A stretch of DNA of 64,000 nt. Source: a virus (Duplodnaviria; Caudoviricetes). Within the stretch, counting starts at the first letter, position 1, and every line of letters starts with the position of its first letter. Of the stretch, positions 1 to 10,644 are shown piece after piece. The stretch covers positions 1-64,000 of IMG/VR virus record IMGVR_UViG_3300021399_000143, one strand, 5' to 3'. The notes under the pieces were generated by a model that worked only from the letters and a program-made list of their open reading frames with translations, was not told where the DNA came from and ran no database searches. Made by a program: the position numbers and the translations under genes.

Positions 1-162
1 GTGACGATCCCGGATTCGGTGACGAGCATTGGGCTTCAGGCGTTCAACGAATGCCTTAACTTGACCAGTGTGACATTCATTGGCAAGACACTTGCTCAAG
101 TTCAAGCAATGTCTAAGTATTCTTGGGGCATTTCCAACACAAGCATCATCAATGTTGCTTGA
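1..162 (+). CDS. 3' end of BspA-type leucine-rich-repeat (LRR_5) protein (partial)
   Basis: Frame 1 reads VTIPDSVTSIGLQAFNECLNLTSVTFIGKTLAQVQAMSKYSWGI...* (TGA 160-162); typical BspA/TpLRR repeat. Confidence 0.85.
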   Translation: MTIPDSVTSIGLQAFNECLNLTSVTFIGKTLAQVQAMSKYSWGISNTSIINVA

Positions 163-238
163 TGATTGAGTAGAATGGTGTATCTTCAGATATCACTTGG
201 AACATGCCAAGTTGAAACCAACTTACATCATAAACAGC

Positions 239-268
239 AAAGACTGGTTCTTCATTGAGCCAGTCTTT
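239..268. terminator. Bidirectional intrinsic terminator
   Basis: AAAGACTGGTTC-ttcatt-GAGCCAGTCTTT hairpin between convergent units. Confidence 0.7.
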
Positions 269-278
269 CTTCATTGAA

Positions 279-364
279 TGGAGCGGGAGGACTGAGGACT
301 CTTACCCCACACCCTGTTCTTCGACCACACCTTTCGATGAGTGGAACAAGCTTACTGCTCCCGC
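279..364 (-). ncRNA. tRNA-like RNA (Gly-type acceptor stem plus CCA, non-canonical interior)
   Basis: GCGGGAG/CTCCCGC 7-bp stem, discriminator T, encoded CCA, T-like arm TGGGG-TAAGAGT-CCTCA; no canonical D or anticodon arm. Confidence 0.5.
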
Positions 365-396
365 ATCAGCATGTGCTTTCTCGTTGCAACGTTAAA

Positions 397-828
397 TCAA
401 TTATACGAGATTCCGAGCCTCAATCCAATCCACTTTCGGAACCACTCTGGCTCGTTCTCAATATGCTCGGCAATCTTCCTAATGCGTCTCTTGCCCAATC
501 TGGAATCAAGCATCGCAAGCAACCGAATGAAGTAGTTGTCGCTTGAAATAGATTCGTCAATGGAAAGCACATTGAGGAACTGATGGACGTAATTCATTGC
601 ATCGCCGTATATGTTGGAAACAATTCCCTGATTGCGAATCGTGTCAAGATCTTGTTCCCAGTTCTTCGGATTGCTCCTAAACCACGGTTCTCCATCCACT
701 ATAATAGAGAATACATGATCTTCACATCCATGACTGCCGACTCGCAGTACCTCGTACAAGAACTTGACTCTGCCCTTCAAGTCCTCGGGAAGTCTGCTTT
801 CCAATGTTTGCTTCGTCTTGCTCCACAT
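397..828 (-). CDS. Hypothetical protein (SF0329-like)
   Basis: 143 aa ORF; MWSKTK...GRVKF and LD.RLGKRR motifs recalled from that family. Confidence 0.5.
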   Translation of the reverse strand: MWSKTKQTLESRLPEDLKGRVKFLYEVLRVGSHGCEDHVFSIIVDGEPWFRSNPKNWEQDLDTIRNQGIVSNIYGDAMNYVHQFLNVLSIDESISSDNYFIRLLAMLDSRLGKRRIRKIAEHIENEPEWFRKWIGLRLGISYN

Positions 829-848
829 ATCTGTTTCCTATCGTCAAA

Positions 849-926
849 TGGTAGGGGTAGCCGGATTCGGACCGGCAATCTACGCTTTAGAAGAGCGTTG
901 CAGTAATCCAATTTTGCTATACCCCT
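849..926 (-). tRNA. tRNA-Arg(TCT)
   Basis: AGGGGTA/TACCCCT acceptor, ACGCT-CTTCTAA-AGCGT anticodon arm, GCCGG-TCCGAAT-CCGGC T arm, encoded CCA. Confidence 0.9.
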
Positions 927-1073
927 GTCAATGAAATCATATTTCTGCGCTTTAGACCCACGCTTCTCCGTCCACATGGGATGACTCGCGCTTCTCGGTT
1001 GTCCGACCCCAGGCAACAACCAGTCTTTCGTCCCTGCATGGTTTCCTCTCTCCATCAACCAAGTCAATTATAC

Positions 1074-1295
1074 TCAATCCGTACACTCACCTGGCTCGAA
1101 GGACTCGGGCTTGCCCGGAAATCCCCCCTTGAGGACAAGTGCCTCGCAATCCATAAGGCTGCTCATTTGGATTGCCATTCCAAATGGGGCAACCTTGTCG
1201 TCAGCAACCTCGATGAACACAGGAATGTTCCCGTGAATCTCGTACAACTTCTGAACTCCCCTTGCGAAGTCCTTTAACCCTGTGTATTTTGGCAT
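1074..1295 (-). CDS. Hypothetical protein
   Basis: ORF; likely start MPKYTGL after AAAGGA; TGA stop. Confidence 0.6.
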   Translation of the reverse strand: MPKYTGLKDFARGVQKLYEIHGNIPVFIEVADDKVAPFGMAIQMSSLMDCEALVLKGGFPGKPESFEPGECTD

Positions 1296-1312
1296 TTGTG
1301 TTTCCTTTCCTT

Positions 1313-1627
1313 TTACCTGCAAAGCCCACAATATCCAAACGACAATGCGCTCTCAAGATGGGACGCGATTTCGTTGTATTCCTCAACAGTGATTTCATAT
1401 TTGTCCAAGACATCCTTCGTCGGCTCCTTCGCAGTGAAGGTCATGCAATGACAACCACCAGGCTCAGAATCGCATTCCTCGTCTTCTATGTAGTCCAGGA
1501 TGTCGTCTTGGTCTCCAAAATCGTCCTTGTCAGCAACCTTGCCCTTAATGGTGAATACCTTGGTGGCGCAAAGCCATTCACTCACGGTCAGGTGCAGAAG
1601 GTCGTTCTCTATTTCATATCCTCGCAT
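1313..1627 (-). CDS. Hypothetical acidic protein
   Basis: 104 aa ORF with AAAGGA RBS directly below a sigma70 promoter. Confidence 0.7.
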   Translation of the reverse strand: MRGYEIENDLLHLTVSEWLCATKVFTIKGKVADKDDFGDQDDILDYIEDEECDSEPGGCHCMTFTAKEPTKDVLDKYEITVEEYNEIASHLESALSFGYCGLCR

Positions 1628-1653
1628 AAATGTCCTTTTTCGTTTCCGAGGAC

Positions 1654-1683
1654 ATTATACCACATTTTGGGTGCTTATGTCAA
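1654..1683 (-). promoter_or_regulatory. sigma70-type early promoter
   Basis: TTGACA-18-TATAAT with TGn extension. Confidence 0.85.
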
Positions 1684-1689
1684 TACCCC

Positions 1690-3267
1690 TTACTTTCTGA
1701 GCACAGATGGGACTGGCGAGATTTCCCAAGCCTTTACAAGCTAAATGCGTTCGTGCATATTGGGAACACTATCTTTGGTAGTCCCGTTGATTGAAATAGC
1801 ATGTGTAACCTTAAATGACTGCCAGGGGCCAAAAAATTGGTTGTCCCCGTAGCGGTTGTCTTCAGTCTTCTCCTTCATCTTGTTTCCCACTTCATTGGTC
1901 GTGTCGCTTGGGGTGAGTTTCAATTTGTCAGTATCCAACACTTGCTTCTCCTTCATTTCCTCTGGTCTGCTAAGCAAATAGAAGCACTGATATGGTTGAT
2001 GCGAAACCTTGTTGCCCCTCGTTAAGATGAAGCTGTCTCTGTTTCCAATGCTTTGGATGCAATCGTTGTAGAGGTGGCGTTGGTTGTTCCACTTCGCTTC
2101 ATCCACAAGATACAACGTCTTGTCCTCCATCAAGAACTTCTGAAGGTCAGGTACAGATTCCTCTGATGTGATATCTGGATTCGGATAGAATGTGGAGTCC
2201 TTCTTGGGGCAGGAGTTCGGGGACTTGAATGTATTCTGAATCTTCTCGTTCATTATGATTCTGCGCACGAACTTGTCCTTCGTGATGTTCAAGTCCCAAT
2301 AGTGTCTGGTGTAGTAGTCCTTGATGAACCTGGTGTATGACATCTTGGAGAAGGACGTAAGAGTTGGAGTGACAACCTTCGCTTCGCCAGCACCTGGGGC
2401 GTATGGATTGACCTCCCCATCAGTAATCTCGTAGAACCTGTTGAGTTGGATGAAGTTGTGCTTTGCTCGGAGCATCGTGGATTCGTCGTTGAGCTTCGCC
2501 ATCCTGTACTTTCTTTCCTTCTCGTCCCATAGGATTATGCGTGGGTGGTTGTCCACGTCAAACGAACTCGGCTCCATGTACATCCTGTTGAGAAGATAGT
2601 TTATGGCAGTGAAGTAGTTGTCTTGCTGCGAAGTCGTGTAGTATATGCAGATGTCAGTCTTGCAAGGTGCTTCCTTGAAGGTCTTGGTGGCGACGTTCTC
2701 AAGTCCAACAGCATCAACCAAGAGTTTGGCTATGATTGTGGTGATTGGCTCTGGTTCCTTGAAGTTGTAGTTTGAATATTGGCAAACTGCTGAGAGCTTG
2801 TACCAAGACGCTGAGATAAGTTCAAGTCTATATGTGGTGACGTCAGAGTGCGTGTCGTGAGCTATTATCTCCATCTTGTTCACCAAGAAGACGTGGTTGA
2901 AGTAGTCCTCCTTCTTGATTGGCTTCTCCACCCAATATTCCCCATTTGGCTCACCATCTGGTCTCCTCTTGTACTTCTTCTCTGCAAGGTTCTCTGCCCA
3001 TTCAACCTTCACGAGAAGATGGGGGATTCTGAACAACTTGCCAAGGTTTCTTTCACTGTCCTTATATACCAACTGTCCAGTGAGAATAAGGGCGTTCCAT
3101 TGGTTTGTGTACTCGAACAACGCAACATTCGCTGGATTCAATATGATGTTCTTGTGCTTGATGTTGGTGGTGTCGTATACAGTAGCTTGGAAGCTCCAAC
3201 CTGTGCCGTCGATGACCCAATGACCTTGGGACAGCTCTGGATTCGGTGTTGTCTGCGCTTGTGCCAT
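1690..3267 (-). CDS. Putative baseplate hub protein (T4 gp27-like fold); 525 aa with TAG=Gln
   Basis: One in-frame TAG (1741-1743) then LVKAWEISPVPSVLRK-TAA; hub-like strand pattern; last gene of a late operon. Confidence 0.55.
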
Positions 3268-3282
3268 ATCCTCTTATCCTTA

Positions 3283-3780
3283 TCAAAGTTTCTTTATCAA
3301 GTCCTTTTCAGTGATGACCCTGAATGTCTTGCCCTTCGCTTGACAAATCTTCGCGGCCATCTTCCACTTCGCCATGTTGGTGACATATGTCCGTACGCTC
3401 TCGTTGTATTGGATTGTATTCCTGCCCTTCTTTGGTGGAACAGTCTCGCCAGAGTGCTTTATCTCCACCCAGACCTCATGGAGCAAAGGCCCGTTCCGTA
3501 CCCACATCACGAAATCCACGATGTAGTGGCGTTGCCTTTGCTGAACTGGGTCATAGTAGGGTATCGTGTTCATGGGATTCTCATAGTCCCACTTTATGAC
3601 ATCAGGGTTGTTGTCGAGATACCTTATGAACATGGCCTCCAACTTCGACTTGAACATGATGAACTTGGAGTGCTTCAGGTTCTTCTCAGGATGCGACAAG
3701 TAGTATTTGCCACGAAGGGCAGACTTGTACTTGCCCCTTGTAGCTTGCCCTGGATAGAGCCGTCTGTTCCTCATCGCCAT
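3283..3780 (-). CDS. Head completion nuclease (T4 gp4-like, TnsA-type)
   Basis: GKY...FKSKLE..F...LD.NP.V..W.YE...IPY..P......Y.VDF...VEIK motif series. Confidence 0.85.
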   Translation of the reverse strand: MAMRNRRLYPGQATRGKYKSALRGKYYLSHPEKNLKHSKFIMFKSKLEAMFIRYLDNNPDVIKWDYENPMNTIPYYDPVQQRQRHYIVDFVMWVRNGPLLHEVWVEIKHSGETVPPKKGRNTIQYNESVRTYVTNMAKWKMAAKICQAKGKTFRVITEKDLIKKL

Positions 3781-3783
3781 ATG

Positions 3784-6700
3784 TTATTTAGACCTCCTAC
3801 CATGTTCCAATATTTCGTCCTGAAACTTGTTGTAAATCCCAACCATAAGGTTGTCTATGACCTACTTTGTCAAACCAATGTCAGACTTGAAACTCCTTAC
3901 CTTCTGATCGTATTCGGATTGCTTCTCGTCCACATCCTTGCGCATCTTCTCCAACGTAGAGAAGTCCTCCAAGTGTTGCTACTTTGCTTTCTTGACCAAG
4001 GACTTGAGCTCGAATATCCTTTGCTCGTTGTTCAACTTGTCCATGAGCATTCTGTTTCGGACTTGCCTGTCAACACCCTTGACCTTCTTGCCGGACTTCA
4101 TGCAAATGTCGAAGATTCTCTTGTTCTTCTGCTTAAGCTCCTTTATCTTCTCTTCCATTTTCGCCACGTTGTCTATGATGCTCTGCAAGGACTTTCTTTG
4201 TCCATTCATCAATTCCATTGCAGAATCAAGGCTTTCCCTCTGCTCCTGAATCTCGTTCATCCACCTTTGTGAAACTTCTGGATTCTGCTTCGCAGAACTT
4301 AACGTTGCGAGACGTTCAATGTCAGATTCCGTATCTATCAATCCAAGTGACTTGAGGTAATTCACTGTCCTGCTGACCAATTGCTTGGAGTCCTCCTTGT
4401 ATTGCTTCTCCAACTTGACACACTCCTTGTAGGTTGCATCGGCTTTGACAACTTCCTCCATCAATCTGCGTCTGGCCAATTGGCGTTTGGTTGGAACAAT
4501 AGACCTCTCTTGCTCAGATTCATCTATGATGCCCTATGCCATAGCCAAGAGACGTATTCTTTCCCTGGCCTTGGCATCCACCTTGTCAATAGACCATTCT
4601 TCCTCACCCTCGTCCCTTACAGATTCTTGACCATACTTGTCTTCCCAATGCAAAGTCTTTCTGTCCTTGATGATGTCCTCAAGTTCAGAAATCCTCCTTT
4701 GGGTTCTGTCCAACTTCACAGAGAGCAATTGGGCATATTGGTTCTTTCTGAGGTTGTAGGAAACTTTGTTGCATCTCCTTCTGAACGCCATGAACTGCTC
4801 GTCAGTCATTCCCATGTCCTCTGGAGTGGCATTCCCGGCATTCGCCGCCCACCAATCGTGGAGAAGAATGACATCCCTCAATCCAGAAACAGATATGTCC
4901 TTGAAGTCGAAATCGCTCCTAAGATTGCAGTCCTTATCCCAAACCTGCGCTTGGGTGTCCTTGATTTTCTCCTCGAAATTGTGAAGAAGCCTCTTGACCT
5001 TTATTGTGGCATCCTCACACATCGTGAGCATCTTCTTGAACTGACTCAACTCGTACCCCATGTTGAAGGAATAGTTGCGCCACCTCTCACTTTGCACAAT
5101 CAACTTGTGCAACTTCCTCGTGTCAAGGGTTTCAAGCGCAGGGCGATTGTCGTCTGAATCCGATGTCGAACCATCTTCGGTTGTTTCTTCTCCATCAGAA
5201 CCATCTTCAGAAATCAGTTCTGACTCAGAAGATTCGGGTTGTTCGCCAGAGTCCTCTTGCATTTTCCTTCCATGATCCTCTGCCCACTTTTCAAGTTTCT
5301 TCTTTATTTCTGAAAGGCTGCTGTCAGTGACTTCACTCAATATCCTCGCCCTCGTCTCTTCTGGCATTTTCCATTTATTCGGGTCTCTGCTCTAAATCTC
5401 CTTGATTGTGTCATTGATTGCGTTCATCTCAAGCACGATTTCAGAAAGTCTTTCATCTATGGCGTTCAATGATTCCTCAATGCTCTTGTCAAGTTCAAGC
5501 TTCAACGAACCAATCTTCTGACCCAACGCCAACTTCTTGTCCAATTGGTTGTTTCTCAATCCATTGTACTCGTCCTGCAAATTGCGCAACAGTTCAAGCT
5601 TGCCATCCTTTACATCCCCAATCTGAATCTTCTTCGTGGTCAACTTGTCCCACTCTGCATATAGGTCGTAGAACTTCGTCACATAAGACATAAGTTCCTT
5701 GTTGTTGGCAAACTCATCCATCAACCTCTTCAACACCATAGTGAGCTTGGAGAAGCACTCTGCAGAATGAACTTCCTTGTGATGAACGTCTCGCTTCACT
5801 TGCTCCAAGCAAAGTTCCATCCCTTCAAGTCTGTTCTTGAATTGCAGATAGTGCCTGACAAGTTTGAGGTCGTAGTCTGGGATTCGCTGCCTGAATATGG
5901 AATAGTGCGAAGAAGTCGTGGAATGAACCATTGGAATGTCATCTACTGCAACTGGCGTCCATACTTCATCAGATTTCACCCTCTCCCTATAGAAATCATC
6001 CTCGCAAACGCAAATAATGGAATTGACTGACGACACCATGACTTCTGGTTCAGAAAGAATATGACCATCCTTGTCCATCTTCACCACCAGATACTTCCAA
6101 TTCCCCTCTGAACCACTCTAAATCTTCACCAAATACTCCCCAGTATGGTTCTTGTCCTTCTTTGGATCAACCAAGGCGAAGGTGGCTATTGCTGTTATGT
6201 CATACTTCTTGAGGAGACGCTTGTATTGCGCCCACTTGGTGTCATAATACGCCCTTGATGTTATCTACCTGAAGTCAGGATGCGTATTTGGAATCAACGC
6301 AATCTCAGCAGAGAAGTCATTGGCGTTGGTGAATGGAACATAGATTTCGTCAGAAGCAGAACCATTGTTGTCCATTACCTTCTTGAAGTAATCCAACAAG
6401 GTCTCAGATATCCTTATTCCTTGAAACTCCTTGACAACTGTACGTTTCCTCTTTGGAACATTGGTTTCATCCACTTCTGAATCTGCTTCAGCAATCTCAT
6501 CTTCAGATGGAGATTTCTTGGACTTCCCATACGTGATGTTGCTCCAATCAGGGTCAAGATTCACGAGATTGATTCTGAAGTTCCTGTTGAGCAAATACCT
6601 CTCATACTCCATTGGGGAATAGTTCTGATGTTCCTCGTACCTATATACGTTGTCGTTTGAAACTGAATCGTCATCCAACTTCACAAGGTCGAAGGCAACA

Positions 6701-6993
6701 GCATCCCGAACAGTAGGATGCAGGTAGTCAATATCGTATTTGTCGAAGAACGCCTTAAACTTATTCTTGCGCTCGACCTTTCGATTTCTTTCAAAGATTC
6801 CTCGTTTCTTGTTCTTCCACTCTTCATCCGTATCGTCAGGTTCTTTAGGTACTTCTTCCCAATATTCCTTTCTCGGAACATAACGCAACCTCCAGTTGTT
6901 TGAGAACAGGTTTATAAACTCCTTCACGAGACCACTGTGCCTATCACCAGGGAGAAGCTTGTCAAGATCTTTAACTTTGCATACGTAATTCAT
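3784..6993 (-). CDS. Large coiled-coil late protein, 1069 aa with TAG=Gln
   Basis: Four track ORFs plus a C-terminal piece joined in frame by TAGs at 6265, 6118, 5392, 4534, 3979 and 3862; ends TAA 3 nt before the gp4 ATG. Confidence 0.8.
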
Positions 6994-6994
6994 G

Positions 6995-8749
6995 TCATTC
7001 TTCCAACAAACAATGTTCAATCAAGGAATATGCATCACGCTTTCCATCGCAAACTTCCTTCACCAACTCCATGCGCTCCTCCATGAAGTCCTCATAGAAT
7101 GGATCTGTGGACTCGCCATAGACTTCATCCTCTATGCGCTTCACTCTCGCAGAAAGGTTGCCAGTTGCGGCCTCTGGGTTCTTTTGTGCTTGATCTGCAG
7201 TGATTGGAGCAAGCATTGGCGAATCTGGAGACAACCCAAACGGAGTGGAACTTCCACCACTTCCATTCTTTCCTCCAGATGAACCCCCATTTGCTCCGGA
7301 TTCCTTCCCTGCAGAAGAACCACCCGCCTTTCCAGAAGATGATGTACCAGTATCACCATCAGAATTCTCTAAATCACCAGTTTCCTTGTTGGTGTCTTCC
7401 TTCACTTCCTTCCACCCATCATTTGGATCTGCAAGCATAAACGCAACAGAAATCACATTGTTTGATTGCCCACCGGCAAACAACTTCTGCTTCAATCTTC
7501 CAAGAACTCCTCTGTTTCCCAAAGCCTTGTCAGCCATAGACTTGCCAAACCCATCATCTTTCTTCAACTTGTTGTCCGGTGGGACTTTCATTTCACCTTC
7601 GTATTTTTCCTTCTTCCTCGTCCAACCCAATAGGAAAGAAATGTAGTCCTTTGCAATCTTGTTCGTCATCTTCCATTGCAAGGAGTCCAATTTCTTCTTG
7701 TCTTGAGGAAGCATTTCATCCGCAGTATATTTATGACCACTCATACTTGTCTTCGCAGAATCAGGTGTTCCCATCCTTCCTACCGTCTTTATTCCCATTA
7801 TCATCTTGTTGAGAAACCCACTCTTGAACTTGCGCTTGTACCAATCGTCTGTAAAGCTTGTCTCTATGTCAATCCTATACGTTTGCCATGGATTCCATTC
7901 CTATCCACCAGCCAATTTGCTGTCAGAAATGGTCGCTTTCTTTTTTGCCTTGCTTCCAACATCCCCTATTCCACCCGCACTGTCAGTAACTCCACATTCC
8001 TGCTCCCAATCAACCCACGCATCTGACATACCCTTCAGATTGTCCTTGAACAGATTTTTCCAATCATGTTTCTTGTCCATCGTTTGGGCTATGTTCTTCC
8101 ACGCGGAAATGTTGTTCTTGTCAGATGCGCCTCCTGAAGGATTCAATGACGCAACCTGCTTCAGAACATTGTTCCAATCTGATTGGTTCTTGCTCTTGAA
8201 ATCCTTATCCTTTAATTTTTCCTCCATTCCCTTCTTCAATGCTTCCCAATTGGATTGGAAACTACTCCACGCCTTTCTGCTTGCTTCAACAACAAAGCCC
8301 TCCATATCCTCATCCCCATGTGGAATCTCCATCAATTTATTTACGGAACACTTAATCAAGCCTCCATTTCCTGTCATATCCCCCGACTCATTAACTCCAC
8401 TCTTGAACGAAGAACCAGTGGCAGTTGAGGCGCTTCCTGTACCTGTTCCAGTTCCATCATCCTCACCCGATGATCTATTTGCACTCTATCCTTTCAACTG
8501 AGCAGAAGAACCGCAAATCTCATCACCATACTTCTGCATGACTTGCGCCCATGCCCAATTGTGCTTCTATACAAGTTCATCCTCGTTGATGAAGAAAGTC
8601 TTTCCCAAATTGGTCAATCCAGCCAATTTCTTCTCCACCTTTATGGCTTTGCCATCGGCTTCAACATAAATGTCCTGAATCAGGTCGCCCTTCAAGACCG
8701 ATTCCAGTGTGGTACGCATAGTTATTGTACTGTCATTCTTAGCTTTCAT
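6995..8749 (-). CDS. Late (probably virion) protein with Gly/Ser-rich linkers, 584 aa with TAG=Gln
   Basis: Track ORFs joined by TAGs at 8567, 8486 and 7901; late motif upstream; TGA stop abuts next ATG. Confidence 0.8.
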
Positions 8750-8783
8750 CTTTCTTCATGCCTTTATGATGATTGAACAAGTG

Positions 8784-8791
8784 TATTTACC
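8784..8791 (-). promoter_or_regulatory. Late promoter motif GGTAAATA
   Basis: 35 nt upstream of the 8749 start; variant of T4 TATAAATA. Confidence 0.7.
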
Positions 8792-8866
8792 ATTTTTCAA
8801 CACCAAAAGAAAAGGTCCGAACCGAAGTCCGAACCAAGTCTTTATAACATCTACTATTTGGAATCG

Positions 8867-9142
8867 TCAAACCATCTTCGACTCGTTGATGATGTACTGA
8901 ACGCCCTCTGGATCCTCCCAATACAACTGTTCGGATAGTTCAATTTCAACCCCCATTTCCTCTATGTCCTCTGGGGAATAGCCCTGCTCAGGAAGTTCCT
9001 CGTTGATGACATAATCAATCAAGGAATCGACATTGGTTGAAACTACAGTGGAAATGTCCTCAGCATCCCCGGATTGATTGGCGTTTATCACCAGAACATA
9101 TACATTCCTCATCGGTCTTTTCTTCTGAATAATTCTTTTCAT
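8867..9142 (-). CDS. Hypothetical protein
   Basis: ORF (start may be 9112); TGTAAATA motif at 9180-9187. Confidence 0.6.
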   Translation of the reverse strand: MKRIIQKKRPMRNVYVLVINANQSGDAEDISTVVSTNVDSLIDYVINEELPEQGYSPEDIEEMGVEIELSEQLYWEDPEGVQYIINESKMV

Positions 9143-9420
9143 AATTTTGTTGGTTGTTTACAATTGTCGTTGTTATCTCTATTTACAAGTTTAGACAGCA
9201 ATTCGACTATCGTCTGATTCTGCTTCATCTTGAACTCCTGCACATCCAATATGCACATGATCATCGTCAAAAGAAATCCACCTGATATGCCAAACACCAA
9301 TGTGAATAGCCAACTTGGAGCATGGCATACAACAAGGACAAATCCAATCGCCAGAAGCAAAAGGAAAAACCTCAAGTTCCTCGATGCCGCACTTCCTGGA
9401 ATAGACACATCACTTTTCAT
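9139..9420 (-). CDS. Small membrane protein
   Basis: Two hydrophobic segments; start MKSDV overlaps upstream stop. Confidence 0.55.
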   Translation of the reverse strand: MKSDVSIPGSAASRNLRFFLLLLAIGFVLVVCHAPSWLFTLVFGISGGFLLTMIMCILDVQEFKMKQNQTIVELLSKLVNRDNNDNCKQPTKL

Positions 9421-9979
9421 CTTCACCAACTTCCTTGCCATCAGAAATGTCTTTCCCAGACTTGATGTCGTCATCACATTCCTTGCAGATATATGTGATC
9501 CAACCCTTGGTTTCCACCTTGTTCTCCTTGTCCAAGGGAACGCCACATTCAGCACATGTATTGAATGTCAAGTCCTCCGCCTCGGATATATACTTGTCAG
9601 CAAGCATCTCAAGATAGTCCTTGGCAATGCAAAGTTGATTTTCCTTATCCTGAGGAAGTTCATCAGTCAAATCAGAAACAACGCCATCATTGTTCACATT
9701 CCTTATGGTAAAGTAGAATCTAAGAGTTCCAAACTTCTCCTTCACCTGATCAGCAACAATTGCCACACCATGATTCTTCGTGAACTCCATGTTGTGAAAT
9801 TCAAGCACCGTGCAAAGCTGCTCCAATATATGATACCATCCCCTGGGACATTCTATTCCCCAACACATGCAAGTTTCCCTCATGGACTTCTTACGCTGCT
9901 GAAACAGGATTGGGAATCGGGACATGAATCCCTCTCCATATTTTGCATCCTTTGGTATGCCATAGTATTTGTGGAACAT
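9410..9979 (-). CDS. Phage conserved hypothetical protein with Zn-ribbon
   Basis: QVKEKFGTLRFY motif plus CxxCG...GW....CxxC. Confidence 0.7.
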   Translation of the reverse strand: MFHKYYGIPKDAKYGEGFMSRFPILFQQRKKSMRETCMCWGIECPRGWYHILEQLCTVLEFHNMEFTKNHGVAIVADQVKEKFGTLRFYFTIRNVNNDGVVSDLTDELPQDKENQLCIAKDYLEMLADKYISEAEDLTFNTCAECGVPLDKENKVETKGWITYICKECDDDIKSGKDISDGKEVGEDEK

Positions 9980-9999
9980 ATTTGTATCTCCTTTGTCTA

Positions 10000-10028
10000 A
10001 TTATACCACAAACGCCCCTTTTGGTAAA
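10000..10028 (-). promoter_or_regulatory. sigma70-type promoter
   Basis: TTTACC-17-TATAAT with TGn. Confidence 0.7.
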
Positions 10029-10051
10029 GAGGCGTAAAAAGAAGGGTTCTT

Positions 10052-10142
10052 GTTGCTCATTCACCCAAATGCGAATTGGTAATCACAACACATACACAAC
10101 CATACGTCAACAAGGCTTGACGAGCAACTTTTCATGGGTGAA
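10052..10142. ncRNA. Candidate structured non-coding RNA (pseudoknot)
   Basis: GTTGCTC/GAGCAAC and TTCACCCA/TGGGTGAA interleaved stems plus CGTCAA/TTGACG hairpin in a 260-nt intergenic gap. Confidence 0.35.
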
Positions 10143-10263
10143 CCACTCCCAACCGAGTTTGGTGCATATCCCCTTTTGAGGGACAACTGTCAAGGAGAAC
10201 AACGATGAAACCTCTGAACAGCAACAACACATACTTTACACAACACCTTAATTATACGATTTT

Positions 10264-10626
10264 TCAGATTGATTTGAGGATATCCTGAATCTTCTCCCTC
10301 AATTCTCCGTCTTGAATCTCTTGGCACAACCTTGACACCTCAGCCAACTTCTTGAGGGTATCTGTCCTTCTCTCATACTCGTTCTTGAGGGATTTTCGCA
10401 TATTCTCATCAACCACACTTTGCTCTGTTGAGAGCTTGATTGAAGGATGCAACACGATTTGATTTTGCGTCCAATCGAACCCAATCTCAACTCTGTCAAT
10501 TGGAACTGTCGTATAGCACGTCAGTTGATTCTTGTCGTGCTTCCTCACGGTCAATTCAAGCGCATCTTCCCTCCCCTTTATTTGGGGATGAAGTTCGCAA
10601 AAGTTGAGAAAATCATTCAATGTCAT
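10264..10626 (-). CDS. Hypothetical protein
   Basis: 120 aa ORF with AAGGA RBS right after the tmRNA. Confidence 0.7.
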   Translation of the reverse strand: MTLNDFLNFCELHPQIKGREDALELTVRKHDKNQLTCYTTVPIDRVEIGFDWTQNQIVLHPSIKLSTEQSVVDENMRKSLKNEYERRTDTLKKLAEVSRLCQEIQDGELREKIQDILKSI

Positions 10627-10644
10627 TGTGTGTTATCCTTAAAA

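Noticed and set aside
200-850. HDV-like theta ribozyme 3' of the tRNAs (known from recoded gut phages)
   Set aside because: 3' flanks are a gene start and a simple terminator; no nested double-pseudoknot pattern found
849-926. tRNA as an amber suppressor (loop contains CTA)
   Set aside because: The 5-bp stem and 7-nt loop CTTCTAA place TCT at 34-36 (standard Arg); CTA is one base out of register
777-1067. 96-aa minus-strand ORF
   Set aside because: Runs through the tRNA-Arg gene
2848-5157. Long plus-strand ORFs (474 aa, 258 aa) and similar antisense ORFs throughout (e.g. 15209-15856, 62252-62950)
   Set aside because: Shadow frames of real minus-strand genes whose codon bias avoids TTA/CTA/TCA; Leu/Val-rich with no motifs or RBS
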